From positions 288,001 through 352,000 of the forward strand of contig CBDCFW010000001.1 in the NCBI GenBank assembly GCA_965216465.1: a stretch of DNA of 64,000 nt, given 5' to 3'. Every line of letters begins with the position of its first letter. The stretch's first letter is position 1. Under the pieces are notes generated by a model. That model did no database searches. It saw only the letters and a list, made by a program, of their open reading frames with translations, and was not told where the DNA came from. Source of the stretch: Bacteroidia bacterium (GTDB taxonomy: Bacteria > Bacteroidota > Bacteroidia > NS11-12g > UBA9320). The position numbers and the translations under genes were made by a program. This document shows positions 49,011 to 61,100 of this stretch, in pieces.

Positions 49011-49445
49011 TTATTGCGGAGCGAATAATCCGCTCTCATCAACTGCTGCAGGAATGCCGACTGGTCTTTTGGCGTCATAGTCGTAGCAAACAATCGCTGT
49101 TCGCACTTCAGCCATCAATGCGTTCTTAGTTAAATTCCAAAATTTATAAAAGATATTGAATGACGAATTGCCTGTTTTAACAGCAGCAACAGCAATTTCA
49201 ACCTTGTCGCCTAAGTGCCCTTCTCCTTTAAAAACAATTGCTGCATCAGCCTGAATCAGGGAGACCCCACCAAAATTCATTTCATCATACCCAAACGAAT
49301 GGAAGTACTTCAATCGTGCAATTTGTGCGTAGGCTAAAAACTGCTGATTAGCTAAATGATTACCATAATTAAGGTCTGTTACCCTAACTTCTAACTCTAC
49401 CTTAAAATGCCAATCTTGTGGCATGTCTATCTTCATTCTGGCCAT
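49011..49445 (-). CDS. Hotdog-fold acyl-CoA thioesterase
   Basis: VRVTDLNYGNHLAN...AR; 4HBT-like size. Confidence 0.88.
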   Translation of the reverse strand: MARMKIDMPQDWHFKVELEVRVTDLNYGNHLANQQFLAYAQIARLKYFHSFGYDEMNFGGVSLIQADAAIVFKGEGHLGDKVEIAVAAVKTGNSSFNIFYKFWNLTKNALMAEVRTAIVCYDYDAKRPVGIPAAVDESGLFAPQ

Positions 49446-49990
49446 TTTACTCCGTCTTCTGGGTTCTTTCCTTTAAACTCGCTAAAATACTTTTTAAACT
49501 CAATTACTGTATCACATAAATCTTTTGTAATGGTATAGGGCTCTGCAACAATTATTCTTTTAGTGCTGTAATCAATAGCTACCCGTACCACTGGCACTTC
49601 CGCCTGTCTGGCAATGTAGTAGAAACCTGTCTTCCACTCAGGACTGAAGCTACGCGTACCTTCAGGCGTTATTGTTGTGATAAAAGAATCGTTAGTGTTA
49701 TATGCCTCCACAATTGAATCAACAAAATTGGTGTTCTTGCTTCGCTCAACTGGATATCCTCCGAGCCAGCGAAAAAAGTAACCAAAAGGAAAAACAAAGA
49801 GCTCCTTTTTAGCTAAGTATTTTGGATTAAAGTTGGGTGTAAATTTTCGAAACAAAACGCCAATCGGGAAATCCCAATTGCTTGTATGCGGGGCAACAAC
49901 GATGAGGTATTTTTTCAAATCCGGAACCTCCCCTTCTACTCTCCAACCTGCGAGCTTAATCAATATGAATTTAGACAGCCAACTAAGCAT
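49433..49990 (-). CDS. 1-acyl-sn-glycerol-3-phosphate acyltransferase family protein
   Basis: APHTSNWDF (HX4D), AKKELF, PVER, TPEGTR, WKTGFY. Confidence 0.92.
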   Translation of the reverse strand: MLSWLSKFILIKLAGWRVEGEVPDLKKYLIVVAPHTSNWDFPIGVLFRKFTPNFNPKYLAKKELFVFPFGYFFRWLGGYPVERSKNTNFVDSIVEAYNTNDSFITTITPEGTRSFSPEWKTGFYYIARQAEVPVVRVAIDYSTKRIIVAEPYTITKDLCDTVIEFKKYFSEFKGKNPEDGVKWPE

Positions 49991-50411
49991 CTTGAATATT
50001 CATTAACTCTTCAAATTTAGTTCTGATAGTATCGTCAACCTTTATGGGTCTTCCAGAATCTCGGTCAAGCAAAACAAAAGTCACATCAGCTGTGCTATAC
50101 AAATTGGAATTCTCCTTGTCAATAATTCGCTGAGAAATAATCATACTCGCATTACTAAACTTAATGGAGTCGCAAACAACCTCAACTAAATGATCCGGCA
50201 AGAGTGGTTTTTTATAGGAAACATTGATGTTTACCACTACAATCATCAAATTGTGATTTTTAAAGAAGTTTTCATCAACGGCAGGTTGCAAGAAAGCCCA
50301 TCTACCCTCTTCATAAAACTCGAGATAACGGGCGTTATTGACATGGCCATAGGCATCGCAATGAAATCCTCGAACCATCAAATCCATTTTAAACACTTTA
50401 CAAATGTGCAC
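49983..50411 (-). CDS. YbgC/FadM-like acyl-CoA thioesterase
   Basis: VRGFHCDAYGHVNNARYLEFYEEGR. Start may be 50387. Confidence 0.9.
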   Translation of the reverse strand: MHICKVFKMDLMVRGFHCDAYGHVNNARYLEFYEEGRWAFLQPAVDENFFKNHNLMIVVVNINVSYKKPLLPDHLVEVVCDSIKFSNASMIISQRIIDKENSNLYSTADVTFVLLDRDSGRPIKVDDTIRTKFEELMNIQDA

Positions 50412-50468
50412 AATCCTAAGCTATTCTAAAACAAAAGGTAGGCTATTTCTGTATATTCGTTAGCGTTC

Positions 50469-51362
50469 ATGAAAGTTGTACTCATAGCAGGCGGAAGCGG
50501 ATTAATTGGCCAAGATTTAAAGCAACATTTAAAATCTATTGGATTTGAGGTTAGAATTCTGTCTCGTGCTTCAACTCAGCCAGAAAAAGGCATCTACCAC
50601 TGGAACATTCAAAAACAGTTTATCGACCCCCTAGCATTAGAAAATTTAGATACAGTAATTAATCTGGCAGGCAGTCGTATCATTGGCAACAGATGGACCA
50701 AAAAAAACAAAGCAAGACATACGACTTCACGAATAAATAGCACGCGTTTGTTGGTTCAAACCATTAACAAACAAACGCTTCAAATCAACCATTTCATTCA
50801 AGCTTCGGCAATGGGATACTTTGGCGATTGCGGCGATCAAGTCCTGATAGAAGACAGTCCGCCAGGCCAAGATTTCATGGCCACATTGTGTAGTCAGTGG
50901 GAAGCTGAAGCCAAAAACATATCAGAAATCAATAAGCTTAGTATTCTAAGAATTGGCTTGTACTTAAGTCCAAATGGCGGAGTTTACACCTTGCTTAAGC
51001 GACTGAGTAAATTTTATCTCGCTACATCCTTTGGCTCTGGAAAACAGTATGTTAACTACACACATCGCGATGAGTTTTGTGGGCTCGTTACAAATATTAT
51101 CCGCGGAAAGATTTCTTCGAACACCTACCATGCAGTTGGGCCCAAAGCAATGTCATTAGCTGAACTCACTCGTTCAATTGCTAGAGCAAATAAGCGAACT
51201 GTTATTTTCCCGAACATCCCTGCTTTCTTGCTAAAATTGGTTTTAGGGGAGGCTTCTTCTTCTCTGCTCAACAGCCACAGAATAGAATCGAGCTATTTGA
51301 ACGAAAAAAACTACCATTTATTCAAAACCTTGGATGAGGCCATTCAGGCACTTGAAGCATAA
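50469..51362 (+). CDS. TIGR01777/YfcH-like NAD(P)-dependent epimerase family protein
   Basis: GGSGLIG, VINLAG, RW....SR, ASAMGYFG, C..WE, LVLGE. Confidence 0.9.
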   Translation: MKVVLIAGGSGLIGQDLKQHLKSIGFEVRILSRASTQPEKGIYHWNIQKQFIDPLALENLDTVINLAGSRIIGNRWTKKNKARHTTSRINSTRLLVQTINKQTLQINHFIQASAMGYFGDCGDQVLIEDSPPGQDFMATLCSQWEAEAKNISEINKLSILRIGLYLSPNGGVYTLLKRLSKFYLATSFGSGKQYVNYTHRDEFCGLVTNIIRGKISSNTYHAVGPKAMSLAELTRSIARANKRTVIFPNIPAFLLKLVLGEASSSLLNSHRIESSYLNEKNYHLFKTLDEAIQALEA

Positions 51363-51434
51363 GTCGTTTAAAAGTAAATATCGAAACCGACACTTAAAAG
51401 TCGGGACATTTGTTTTACTTTGAGACCCCTTATT

Positions 51435-53654
51435 ATGGCATCTACAACACTTAATCCCAAAGGTAAATTTGGCACAGCACCTGTCTTTTTAACCGCCATA
51501 TCAACTATTCTTGGTGCTATAATGTTCCTTCGTTTTGGTTATTCGGTTGGAAGTGTTGGGGTGTATGGAACTATTGCGATTGTTATACTCGGTCATCTCG
51601 TTACGATACCTACCGCAATGGCCTTGGCAGAAATTGCAACGAATCAAAAAGTTGAAGGGGGCGGCGAATACTTCATCATTTCACGGTCGTTTGGCTTAAC
51701 CATTGGAGCAGCAATTGGCATCGCTCTTTATTTGTCACAGGCAATTAGCGTCGCATTTTATATCATCGCATTTACCGAAGCCTTTGAGCCTGTAATTCAC
51801 ATCATTCGTGAACAATACGATTTCATTATAACCAAACAGGCTATTGGTATAGTTTCAGTACTACTCTTAGCTTGGCTTATGTTAACCAAGGGTGCTAGCA
51901 GCGGAATGACCTTGCTCTATGTTGTTGTGGGAATTTTAGCCGTATCACTTATCGTATTCTTTGCAGGCTCGACTGAGTACACTGGAGGAGAAACCATAGA
52001 CTTTTTAGAAAACAAAGACTTCTTTTATGTCTTTGCCATAATATTTCCTGCATTTACCGGAATGACCGCAGGTGTAGGACTATCCGGCGACCTCAAAGAT
52101 CCAAAACGTTCCATTCCGATTGGTACACTGGCTGCTACCTTAATTGGAATGGTCATCTATGTTTTCATCGCGTTTAAATTGGGTTACTCAGCTTCTGCCG
52201 AAGACTTAATGAATTTAGAAGACAATCAACTTATAATGGCAGATATTGCTGTTTGGCCAATACTTATACCTATTGGATTAGCAGCTGCAACTATTTCATC
52301 AGCTTTAGGAAGCGTAATGGTTGCACCACGTACACTAAACGCAATATCAATTGATAAGATAATTCCGATACCTCGCTTGAACTACTGGCTATCGCGATTA
52401 AAGAAAGAGAATGGAGAACCTGTTAATGCTTCGTTAATTACGTGCATCATTGCCTTTTTCTTTGTACTCTTTGGAAACGTTAATGTGGTTGCGGAAATCA
52501 TTTCGATGTTTTTTATGGTAACCTATGGTTCGATTTGTACCATTTCGTTATTAGAAAACTTTGCTTCAAATCCTGGTTACCGCCCAGCGTTTAAATCAAG
52601 ATGGTACATCTCACTTTTAGGTGCAATTATGTGTGTATGGCTGATGTTTAAAATCAACTCATTTTATGCAGTAATCGCAATTCTAATCATGACATCCATC
52701 TACCTGATACTTAATCAGTATCATAAAAAAGGAGATATGGCAGCGATATTCAGCGGCGTGATTTTTCAAATTAGTCGTAACCTTCAAGTTTTTCTGCAAA
52801 AACGAAAAGGAAATGCAACAGATCATTGGCGTCCTTCGGTAGTTGCCATTTCAAAAGATTCGTTCGATCGATTTGCCATATTTGACTTGTTGCGTTGGAT
52901 ATCTCATCGCATTGGATTTGGGACCTATATTCATCACATCGATGGTTATCTTTCATCGGAAACAATGGCTAAGACCCAAGAAGACTACGATCGCTTGGTC
53001 AAAATGACTCAAATATCGGATAGCAGTGTTTTTGTCGACACGATGGTAAGTCCCAATTACACAACATCTATTGCTCAAGCTTTACAGCTTCCAGGTATAA
53101 GCGGTCAAGCCAACAACATGATATTGTTCGAATTCAACAAACATCAACCACAATCTTGTTCCGAAATCGTTCACAATTTAAGTTTAGCCAAGGCCGTAAA
53201 TTACGACATCTGTTTGCTCAGCAGCAGCGACAAAGATTTTGGATTCAATGCTGAAATACACTTGTGGATTACTACCAGCGACTATCAAAATGCGAATCTA
53301 ATGATCTACCTCGCCTATATCATTTTAGGCCATCCAGACTGGAATAAAGCAGGTCAGATTAAACTGTTTGCGGTTTATCCTGAGGAAGAAATTGTTACAC
53401 AACGTGAGAAAATTCAGCAGATGATCAGTTCCGGTAGACTTCCAATTTCGGCAAATAACATAGAGATCATTCCTAAATCAGAAGGAATCAGTCACAAAGA
53501 AGTGATAAACGACAAGTCTCGAGATGCCGACTTAACAATTGTTGGGTTTAGATATGAATTGGTTAAGCACGAAGGTCCTGATATTTTCATGGGCTACGAT
53601 AAAGTTGGGAACGTCTTATTTGTAAACGCTCAGAAAGAAAAGGAAATCAATTAA
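51435..53654 (+). CDS. APC-superfamily permease, cation-chloride cotransporter (SLC12)-like
   Basis: [55 protein letters not shown], soluble C-terminal domain starting HWRP. Confidence 0.9.
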   Translation: MASTTLNPKGKFGTAPVFLTAISTILGAIMFLRFGYSVGSVGVYGTIAIVILGHLVTIPTAMALAEIATNQKVEGGGEYFIISRSFGLTIGAAIGIALYLSQAISVAFYIIAFTEAFEPVIHIIREQYDFIITKQAIGIVSVLLLAWLMLTKGASSGMTLLYVVVGILAVSLIVFFAGSTEYTGGETIDFLENKDFFYVFAIIFPAFTGMTAGVGLSGDLKDPKRSIPIGTLAATLIGMVIYVFIAFKLGYSASAEDLMNLEDNQLIMADIAVWPILIPIGLAAATISSALGSVMVAPRTLNAISIDKIIPIPRLNYWLSRLKKENGEPVNASLITCIIAFFFVLFGNVNVVAEIISMFFMVTYGSICTISLLENFASNPGYRPAFKSRWYISLLGAIMCVWLMFKINSFYAVIAILIMTSIYLILNQYHKKGDMAAIFSGVIFQISRNLQVFLQKRKGNATDHWRPSVVAISKDSFDRFAIFDLLRWISHRIGFGTYIHHIDGYLSSETMAKTQEDYDRLVKMTQISDSSVFVDTMVSPNYTTSIAQALQLPGISGQANNMILFEFNKHQPQSCSEIVHNLSLAKAVNYDICLLSSSDKDFGFNAEIHLWITTSDYQNANLMIYLAYIILGHPDWNKAGQIKLFAVYPEEEIVTQREKIQQMISSGRLPISANNIEIIPKSEGISHKEVINDKSRDADLTIVGFRYELVKHEGPDIFMGYDKVGNVLFVNAQKEKEIN

Positions 53655-54376
53655 GACCGAGACCAAGTGTTATACTTTAAAATGCAGTACAGAGCTCTAA
53701 ACCCGTCCTTCCAGCCAATCTTTTTACCTTCTTCATAGGTTCTGCCGTAGTAAGAAATTCCAATTTCATAGAATCGAATACCCGGAATACGCGATGTCTT
53801 TGCTGTCACCTCAGGTTCGAAGCCAAATCGTTTCTCTTTCAGTTTTAAAGATTTAAGATGTTCAGCCCTAAACAACTTGTAACAGGTTTCCATATCAGAA
53901 AGATTCAAGTTTGTAAAAGCATTGCTGATAAGTGTTAAGAACTTATTACCGATGCTGTGCCAGAAAAAGAGAATACGATGTGGCTTCCCTCCCATAAATC
54001 GAGAACCATAAACTACATCGGCATGACCTTCAACTATTGGTTTTAGTAGGTCGTTATACTCGTTAGGATCGTATTCCAAATCGGCATCCTGAATAATGAT
54101 AAGATCGCCTTTCGCTTCTTTAATCCCGGTATGCAATGCAGCACCTTTTCCCTGATTTTTTTCATGCTTGTAAAGCGAAATGGGCAGGTCTGGGTTTTCA
54201 TCTCTGTAAGACTGTAATCGCTCGTATGAATTATCAGAAGAACAATCATCTACCATTACTAATTCTTTGGTAATTCCTTCAATGAGATTAACCTCCTTAA
54301 TTTTATTCAAAATGAGATGGATGGTCTTTTCCTCATTGTATACAGGAATAATGATAGACAGCTTTTTAAATTGCAT
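53651..54376 (-). CDS. Glycosyltransferase family 2 (polyprenol-phosphate glycosyltransferase-like)
   Basis: [49 protein letters not shown]. Confidence 0.94.
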   Translation of the reverse strand: MQFKKLSIIIPVYNEEKTIHLILNKIKEVNLIEGITKELVMVDDCSSDNSYERLQSYRDENPDLPISLYKHEKNQGKGAALHTGIKEAKGDLIIIQDADLEYDPNEYNDLLKPIVEGHADVVYGSRFMGGKPHRILFFWHSIGNKFLTLISNAFTNLNLSDMETCYKLFRAEHLKSLKLKEKRFGFEPEVTAKTSRIPGIRFYEIGISYYGRTYEEGKKIGWKDGFRALYCILKYNTWSRS

Positions 54377-54417
54377 TGCGGTGCAAATTAAGTTCATTTT
54401 CGAATAAATTTGATGCC

Positions 54418-55074
54418 GTGAAATTGTATCCTACAAAAACTGGCGAAAACACGCTCTACATCCCCGAATTGGATGAAACTTATCACAGTAGAGACGGTGC
54501 AATTTCTGAAGCTCTGCATGTATTCATTATAGAAGGATTGCAACGCAATTTTCAGCATGGCGAAGTCACAAATATTCTAGAAATCGGATTTGGAACAGGA
54601 CTAAATGCTCTGGTTACAGCAATAGAAGCAGAAAAAGAGCAGAAAAAAATTCACTACATCACTCTGGAGCCCTTCCCTATTGACCAAGAATTAATAGCTC
54701 AGTTGGATTACGGCAAGTTCGTTAACAATCAAGAATTGTATGCTAAAATTCATGGTTTACCATGGCAATCTGACTGTACAGTAAGCCCTTACTTCACCCT
54801 AAAAAAATTGCAGGACAAGATTGAACATGTGGCATTAGCTAGCGATCAATTTCATGTTGTCTTTTTTGACGCATTTGGACCAAAGAAACAAGAAGAATTG
54901 TGGGAAGCCAGCGTATTTTCAAAACTTCACAATCTCATGAAAAAAGATGGAGTTCTGGTAACATATTCAGCTGCAGGCCACCTAAAAAGAAAGCTAAAAG
55001 CTCTAAATTTTAAGCTATTTCATCCTCCAGGAGCAAATGGAAAACGAGAAATGACTGTTGCCATTAAACGTTGA
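54418..55074 (+). CDS. mnmD: tRNA mnm5s2U34 methyltransferase MnmD (MnmC methyltransferase domain)
   Basis: [27 protein letters not shown]...ELW, TYSAAG, GKREM. GTG start at 54418. Confidence 0.9.
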   Translation: MKLYPTKTGENTLYIPELDETYHSRDGAISEALHVFIIEGLQRNFQHGEVTNILEIGFGTGLNALVTAIEAEKEQKKIHYITLEPFPIDQELIAQLDYGKFVNNQELYAKIHGLPWQSDCTVSPYFTLKKLQDKIEHVALASDQFHVVFFDAFGPKKQEELWEASVFSKLHNLMKKDGVLVTYSAAGHLKRKLKALNFKLFHPPGANGKREMTVAIKR

Positions 55075-55168
55075 CAATCTGTTCATATCTAGGATTTTTC
55101 TTGAAAATTTGGTAACTTTCGGCCTTTGGCACTTTGCCAATTAGACCTAACGACTAACCTTAAAACCT

Positions 55169-58100
55169 ATGGGACACCTACAAAAGGGGCTTTTGAAGTG
55201 TTGCTTCAGCTTATTATTTACTCTATTTTTCTCATCATCTTATGCTCAACTTTCTGGTAGTTATTTAATTGATCCAGGAGGTTCTGGAGACTTTCTAACT
55301 TTTACCGAAGCGGTCGACAGCCTTAAATCGCAAGGCGTGTCTGCAGCTGTAACTATTGAAGCTAAGGCCGGGACTTACAATGAGCAATTCCGAATTAATG
55401 AAATTGCAGGGGCATCCAGCACTAACACCATCACTTTCGTTTCTGAAACTAGCACAGCATCCGATGTTATCATTTCGTTTGCAACTATTTCATCGAGTAA
55501 TTATGTGGTTTATTTAGATAGTGCAAAGCATGTTCGCTTCGAAGACCTGACCATTACTTCGCTTGGTAGCAGTTATACGACTACTGTGTTAATGGCAAGA
55601 CAAATCAAGAATATAACATTCGACTCGTGTGTTTTTAACGGCAAGGACATAGTCTCGAGCTCCACAAATTATGCAGTTATTCGAGCTGCATCGTTGAGCC
55701 AAGATAGTGCATTTCACTTGCTTAATTCTCAAATTTCAGAAGGATCTTATGGTTTGTTTTACGACGGTAACAGTTCGAACCGAGCAGATTATGTTCAGGT
55801 AAGTGGCAACACATTTACCGGTCAATCTCAAGATGCAGGGTATTTTCAATATATCGATAGCCTAGATATATTAGAAAACCAATTTAGTTTGGCCGCTGGA
55901 AGCAAGGCGATTAATGTTGATCGATCTACGGCAGTAAACATTACAAAGAACATTATCCAAAATGATAATGGACCATATGGCATTTATCTCACCAGCAACC
56001 CGGGAACAGCTTCGAAGCATATTAAAATTGTAAATAACAGTATAAGTGTTAACCGAAATTCTACCTGTCACGGTATTTATCTGTACGCAACCGATTATAC
56101 AGATATCAGTTTCAACAGTATTCTAATGGGTACTAGTTCAAATAGTTCATCGAATGCCATATACATTGAGAACTATTGTGAGTACTTAAGCCTGCGAAAC
56201 AACAACATTTTTGCATCGGGTTCAGGAAGAGCACTTTTTGTTTACAGTAATTCTCAGGTTTCAACGCTTACTTCTGATTACAACAACTATTTCGCGAGTG
56301 GCAGTGTACCCATTTATGTGAATTTTGGTACATACGCTGGAGCATATCCTGATATTGCTTCTTTCACAGCTGCTACAACTTTAGACAGCAACTCAATTAG
56401 CGTAAATCCTTATTTTACTGCTTTTGGTGACTTACATGCAGCTAATGGATACTTGGATAATGCTGGAATTGCAATCAGTTCAATAACAACTGACATTGAT
56501 GATGAAGCACGAGCAAATCCGCCGTGCATCGGATCAGACGAATTTGTTGGACTTGCTTTTACACCTTTAAAGGGAATTTATACTATCGATTCGAACGGAA
56601 GTGGCTCACGAAACTTTGAAAGTTTTACATCTGCTTTAGCCGCACTTGATTCTTTTGGGGTTGACAGTGCCGTTATATTTAATGTTGCTTCTGACACCTT
56701 CAACGAAAAGGTTCATATGAAGGCCATTATAGGGTCATCAGCCGCAAATACCGTAACATTTAGAGCAGCCTCTGGCAATGTTGATGATGTTTTGATTGAA
56801 GATTTGGTTTCTTCATCTGCTAACTACACCTTCTGGATTCAGCATTCGGATCATGTCAGTTTTAGAAACATCACTTTTAAAAAGAACACGGTAACTTATA
56901 GCACAGCACTCTTGATTTCAGGAAATGCATCTCATCTTCAGTTTGATAGTTGCAAGTTTATTGGTTACAATACAACTTCTACAAGTGCTAATTTCTCTAC
57001 GGTTCGTACTTCTAGTTTATCTAATTCAAGCCATTTCACCTTTCAGAATTGTTCATTTATTAACGGAGGAAGAGCCTTAAATCTTGAAGGAGTTAATGGC
57101 GGCAAGCTTGACTCTGTAACCGTTTTTAACAACTCGTTTACTGATATTGGTTACGCAGGAATGTACCTTAGATATTTAGACGGGGCAGATCTGGATAGCA
57201 ATGACCATGTAGCAGGCACATGTACTTATGGTATTTACATCGATAACGTAACGGGGTATTTGATAAAGAACAACTCGGTTGAGATCAGCAATGGAGTGCA
57301 TGGTATTTCTATTAGAAGTAGCTCTGGATCTGCTTCTGAACACTGCTCCATAATCAACAATAATGTTAGCATTAATAGAAGCAATAATTGTTATGGAATG
57401 TATCTTTATAACAGTGACTATGTAGACTTTTATTTTAACAGCATCTATTTGGGGGCTTCGACCATTTCTGGGTCAGCTGGTATCTATTTTGACAACTATT
57501 GTGAACACTTAATATCAAAAAACAATTGCATATACAGTGCAGGGTCGGGAAGAGCTATTTACAACTATGGACATAGCACATTCTCAACATTCACCTCGGA
57601 CCACAACAATTACTATACTACTGGCCTTTATGTAATTCGAGTTGATCAAGGAGGTAATTCTGGTTCATATTCTAGCTTGGCTTCATTTATTTCTTCAACG
57701 AATAAAGACAGCAATTCGCTTACAGTAAATCCTTACTACACGGCTTTTGGCGATTTGCATGGTGCCAATCCGTATTTGGATAATGCAGGTACCGCCATTT
57801 CAGGCATTTCTACAGATTTTGAAGGCGATGCTCGTTCAACGCCTCCATGTATCGGAGCCGACGAATTTATTGCCACACCAATTGTTCCAATGAAAGGAAC
57901 ATACACCATTGATTCTGCAGGATCTGGAGTTCGAAACTTCTTGAGTTTTACCAAAGCGGTGGCAGCTTTAGACACCTTTGGAATTGATAGTGCGGTTGAA
58001 TTTGTTGTGGCTACAGACACCTTCATTGAGAAAGTAAAACTTACTCAAGTGAATGGAACATCAGAACAAAATACCATAACATTCAGGTCTGCCTCTGGAA

Positions 58101-61100
58101 ATGCTGCGGATGTTATGATTGAAGACTTGGTTTCTTCTTCTGCCAACTATACTTTCTGGATTCAAAACGCGGATCATATTGTATTTAAAAACATCACCTT
58201 TAAGAAGAATACTGCAACCTATAGCACAGCACTTTACATTTCCGGAAATGTAAATTATCTGACCTTAGATTCTTGTCAATTTATCGGTCGAACTACCACA
58301 AGTTCGAGTGTGAATTTTAGCGTTCTACGAACTGCAAGCCTTGCAAACAACAACCATTTTACGATCACAAACTGTTCGTTCGAAAATGGTTCTAACGGAA
58401 TGTACTTGAGCGGTTCAAGCACAACAAGTAGATTAGACTCTGTTGTCATTGCTAATAACACATTTTCGAGTTTTTATTATACGGGTATGCACATTCGCTA
58501 TTGTGGTGCCGTTACAGCAGATAGTAACACGCTATCTACTTCGTCAACTTCTTATGGCATATTCTTTAATAATGTACGTAACTATACCGTAAAGAGAAAT
58601 ACCGTAGTAATTACCAACGGAGCACATGGCATTAGTCTTCAAAGTAGTTCAGGAACTGGCGGAGAGCGATGTTATGTATTCAACAACTCGGTAAGCGTCA
58701 ATAGAACAAATACTTGTCATGGTTTCTATTTATACAATTCAGATTATATAGACCTGGACTTTAATAGTGTTTATGTCGGCTCTTCAACGAATAGTTCTTC
58801 AACAGGATTTTATATGGATATTTATTGTGAATTTAATGAATTGCGAAATAACAATATCTATAACTCATCAGCGGGATTAGCTTACAGAAACTACGGAAAT
58901 ACAACCTTTTCTACTTCAAACTCAGATTATAACAACTTCTATACTGCTGGTGCTAACGTTGTTTATATCCAAGCTGGAGGATTTGCTGGATACTATGCTG
59001 ATTTAGCTACTTATCAAGCTGCGACTACCCAGGACAGTAACTCAATTCGCGTTATACCATACTATACTTCATTCGGCGACCTCCATGCGAGCAACCCTTA
59101 TCTTGATAATGCAGGTATAGCTATTTCAGGAATAACAACAGACTTTGAAGGAGAAGTACGAAGCGACCCTCCTTGTATTGGTGCTGATGAGTATGATGTA
59201 CCTCCAATTGTTCCAATGAAAGGAATATATACAATCGACTCAGCCGGTTCTGGTTCGCGTAACTTCTTAAGCTTTACTGAGGCAGTTGCTTCCTTAGATA
59301 CTTTTGGAATTGACAGCAATGTCGTATTTGTTGTAGCTTCAGATACATTTATTGAGAAAGTTAAGTTAACAACTGTAAATGGGGCGTCAGCAGCAAACAC
59401 CATCACCTTCCGCTCAGCAAGCGGAAACGCAGATGATGTTCTTGTTGAAGATTTGGTTTCTTCTACCGCAAACTACTCCTTCTGGATTGAACATGCTGAT
59501 TATATCACGTTCAAAAATATATCGTTCAAGAAAGATGTAGCAACCTATAGCACAGCACTTTTACTCTCAGGAAGCGTTACAAACCTCACCTTCGATTCAT
59601 GTAAGTTTATCGGACGCTCTACTACCAGCACTAGCAACAATATGGCTGTATTTAGAACATCGAGCATGGCCAATAACAGCAACCTTGTTATCACAAACTG
59701 CACATTTGAAAATGGTTCGAATTCTATGTATTTATTCGGGGCAAGTACTAGTGACAGGATTGATACTGTTAATCTATCAAACAATACATTTCTAAATTTC
59801 AGAAATGTAGGAATTTTTACTGCGTACATCAAAGACTTTGTAGTTGAATCTAACTCAATTTCTACAACCATCGGAAACTATGCGGTGAGATTGGAAAACA
59901 TGAATCACTTCATATTCGCTCAGAACGACATTACCAGCAACTCAATGGATTATGGTTTATTCATAACTTCATGTAACGCTACATCTGGCAATCACAACTT
60001 AATTTACAATAACAGCGTTAGCTTAAATAACTCTACAACATGCCATGGCATGTATATTTACAATTCAGATTATTCTGACTTCTTCTATAACAGCGTTTAT
60101 ATGGGGTCAAGTGCAAATTCAGCTTCGAATGGACTGTATATTGACATCTATACCGAAAATATTGTATTGAAAAACAACTCCATTTATTGCAATGGACCTT
60201 CTCGAGCAATTCGAAATTATGGAGGATCGACATTAACAACGCTACATTCTGACTACAACAACTGGTTCACCAACGGATCCGTTTTGATTTATGTGCAAAC
60301 CGGTGGTAATGCTGCTTCATATTCAGATTTGTCAGCATATCAGCTTGCCACAAGTCTTGATTCAAATTCTGTAAGTGTAAACCCCTACTATACAGCTTTT
60401 GGAGACTTACATGCGAGCAACCCTTACCTCGACAATGCAGGAACAGACATACCTTCAGTAACTTCTGACTTCGATGGAGACGGAAGATCTGACCCACCAT
60501 GTATTGGGGCAGATGAATTTGCAGTCCCTCCAATTGTTCCATTATCTGGAGATTACACCATTGACTCAAGCGGTATAGGTGCAACAAACTTTTTAAGCTT
60601 TACCGACGCATTTGCAGCCCTAGACACGTTCGGCATTGATGGAGTTGTGCGCTTCTTAGTTGCTAGCGATACGTTTAACGAACAGCCTGCCCTTAATCGT
60701 GTAAATGGCTCATCACCGTCAAACACCATTACTTTCTTATCTGCAAGCGGCGATAATGATGTTTTAGTAAATACAGATGCGGCAACAAGCTCTAATAATT
60801 ATACGATGAGCATAACACATGCTGATTATATTGCTTTCAAGCACATCAATTTTAAAAACTCTACAAGTGCTAACTACAATACAGTGATGTATTTAGGGGG
60901 TACGGTATCCAACTTAATTATAGACTCTTGCAACTTTACAGGTAAAAGCACTACATCTACAGGCGATGCGTATAACCTCATTCACGCACAGCTCAACACC
61001 GACAGTGTAAATGTCATACGCAATTCAAATTTCTACAATGGGTCGCGAGCAATAAGATATTATAGTGCTGGAACTTCAAACCGAGGTCAAAACATCACGT

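Noticed and set aside
2807-54249. Numerous 60-136 aa antisense or nested ORFs inside confident genes
   Set aside because: They lie within well-supported CDSs and have no motifs or independent expression signals.
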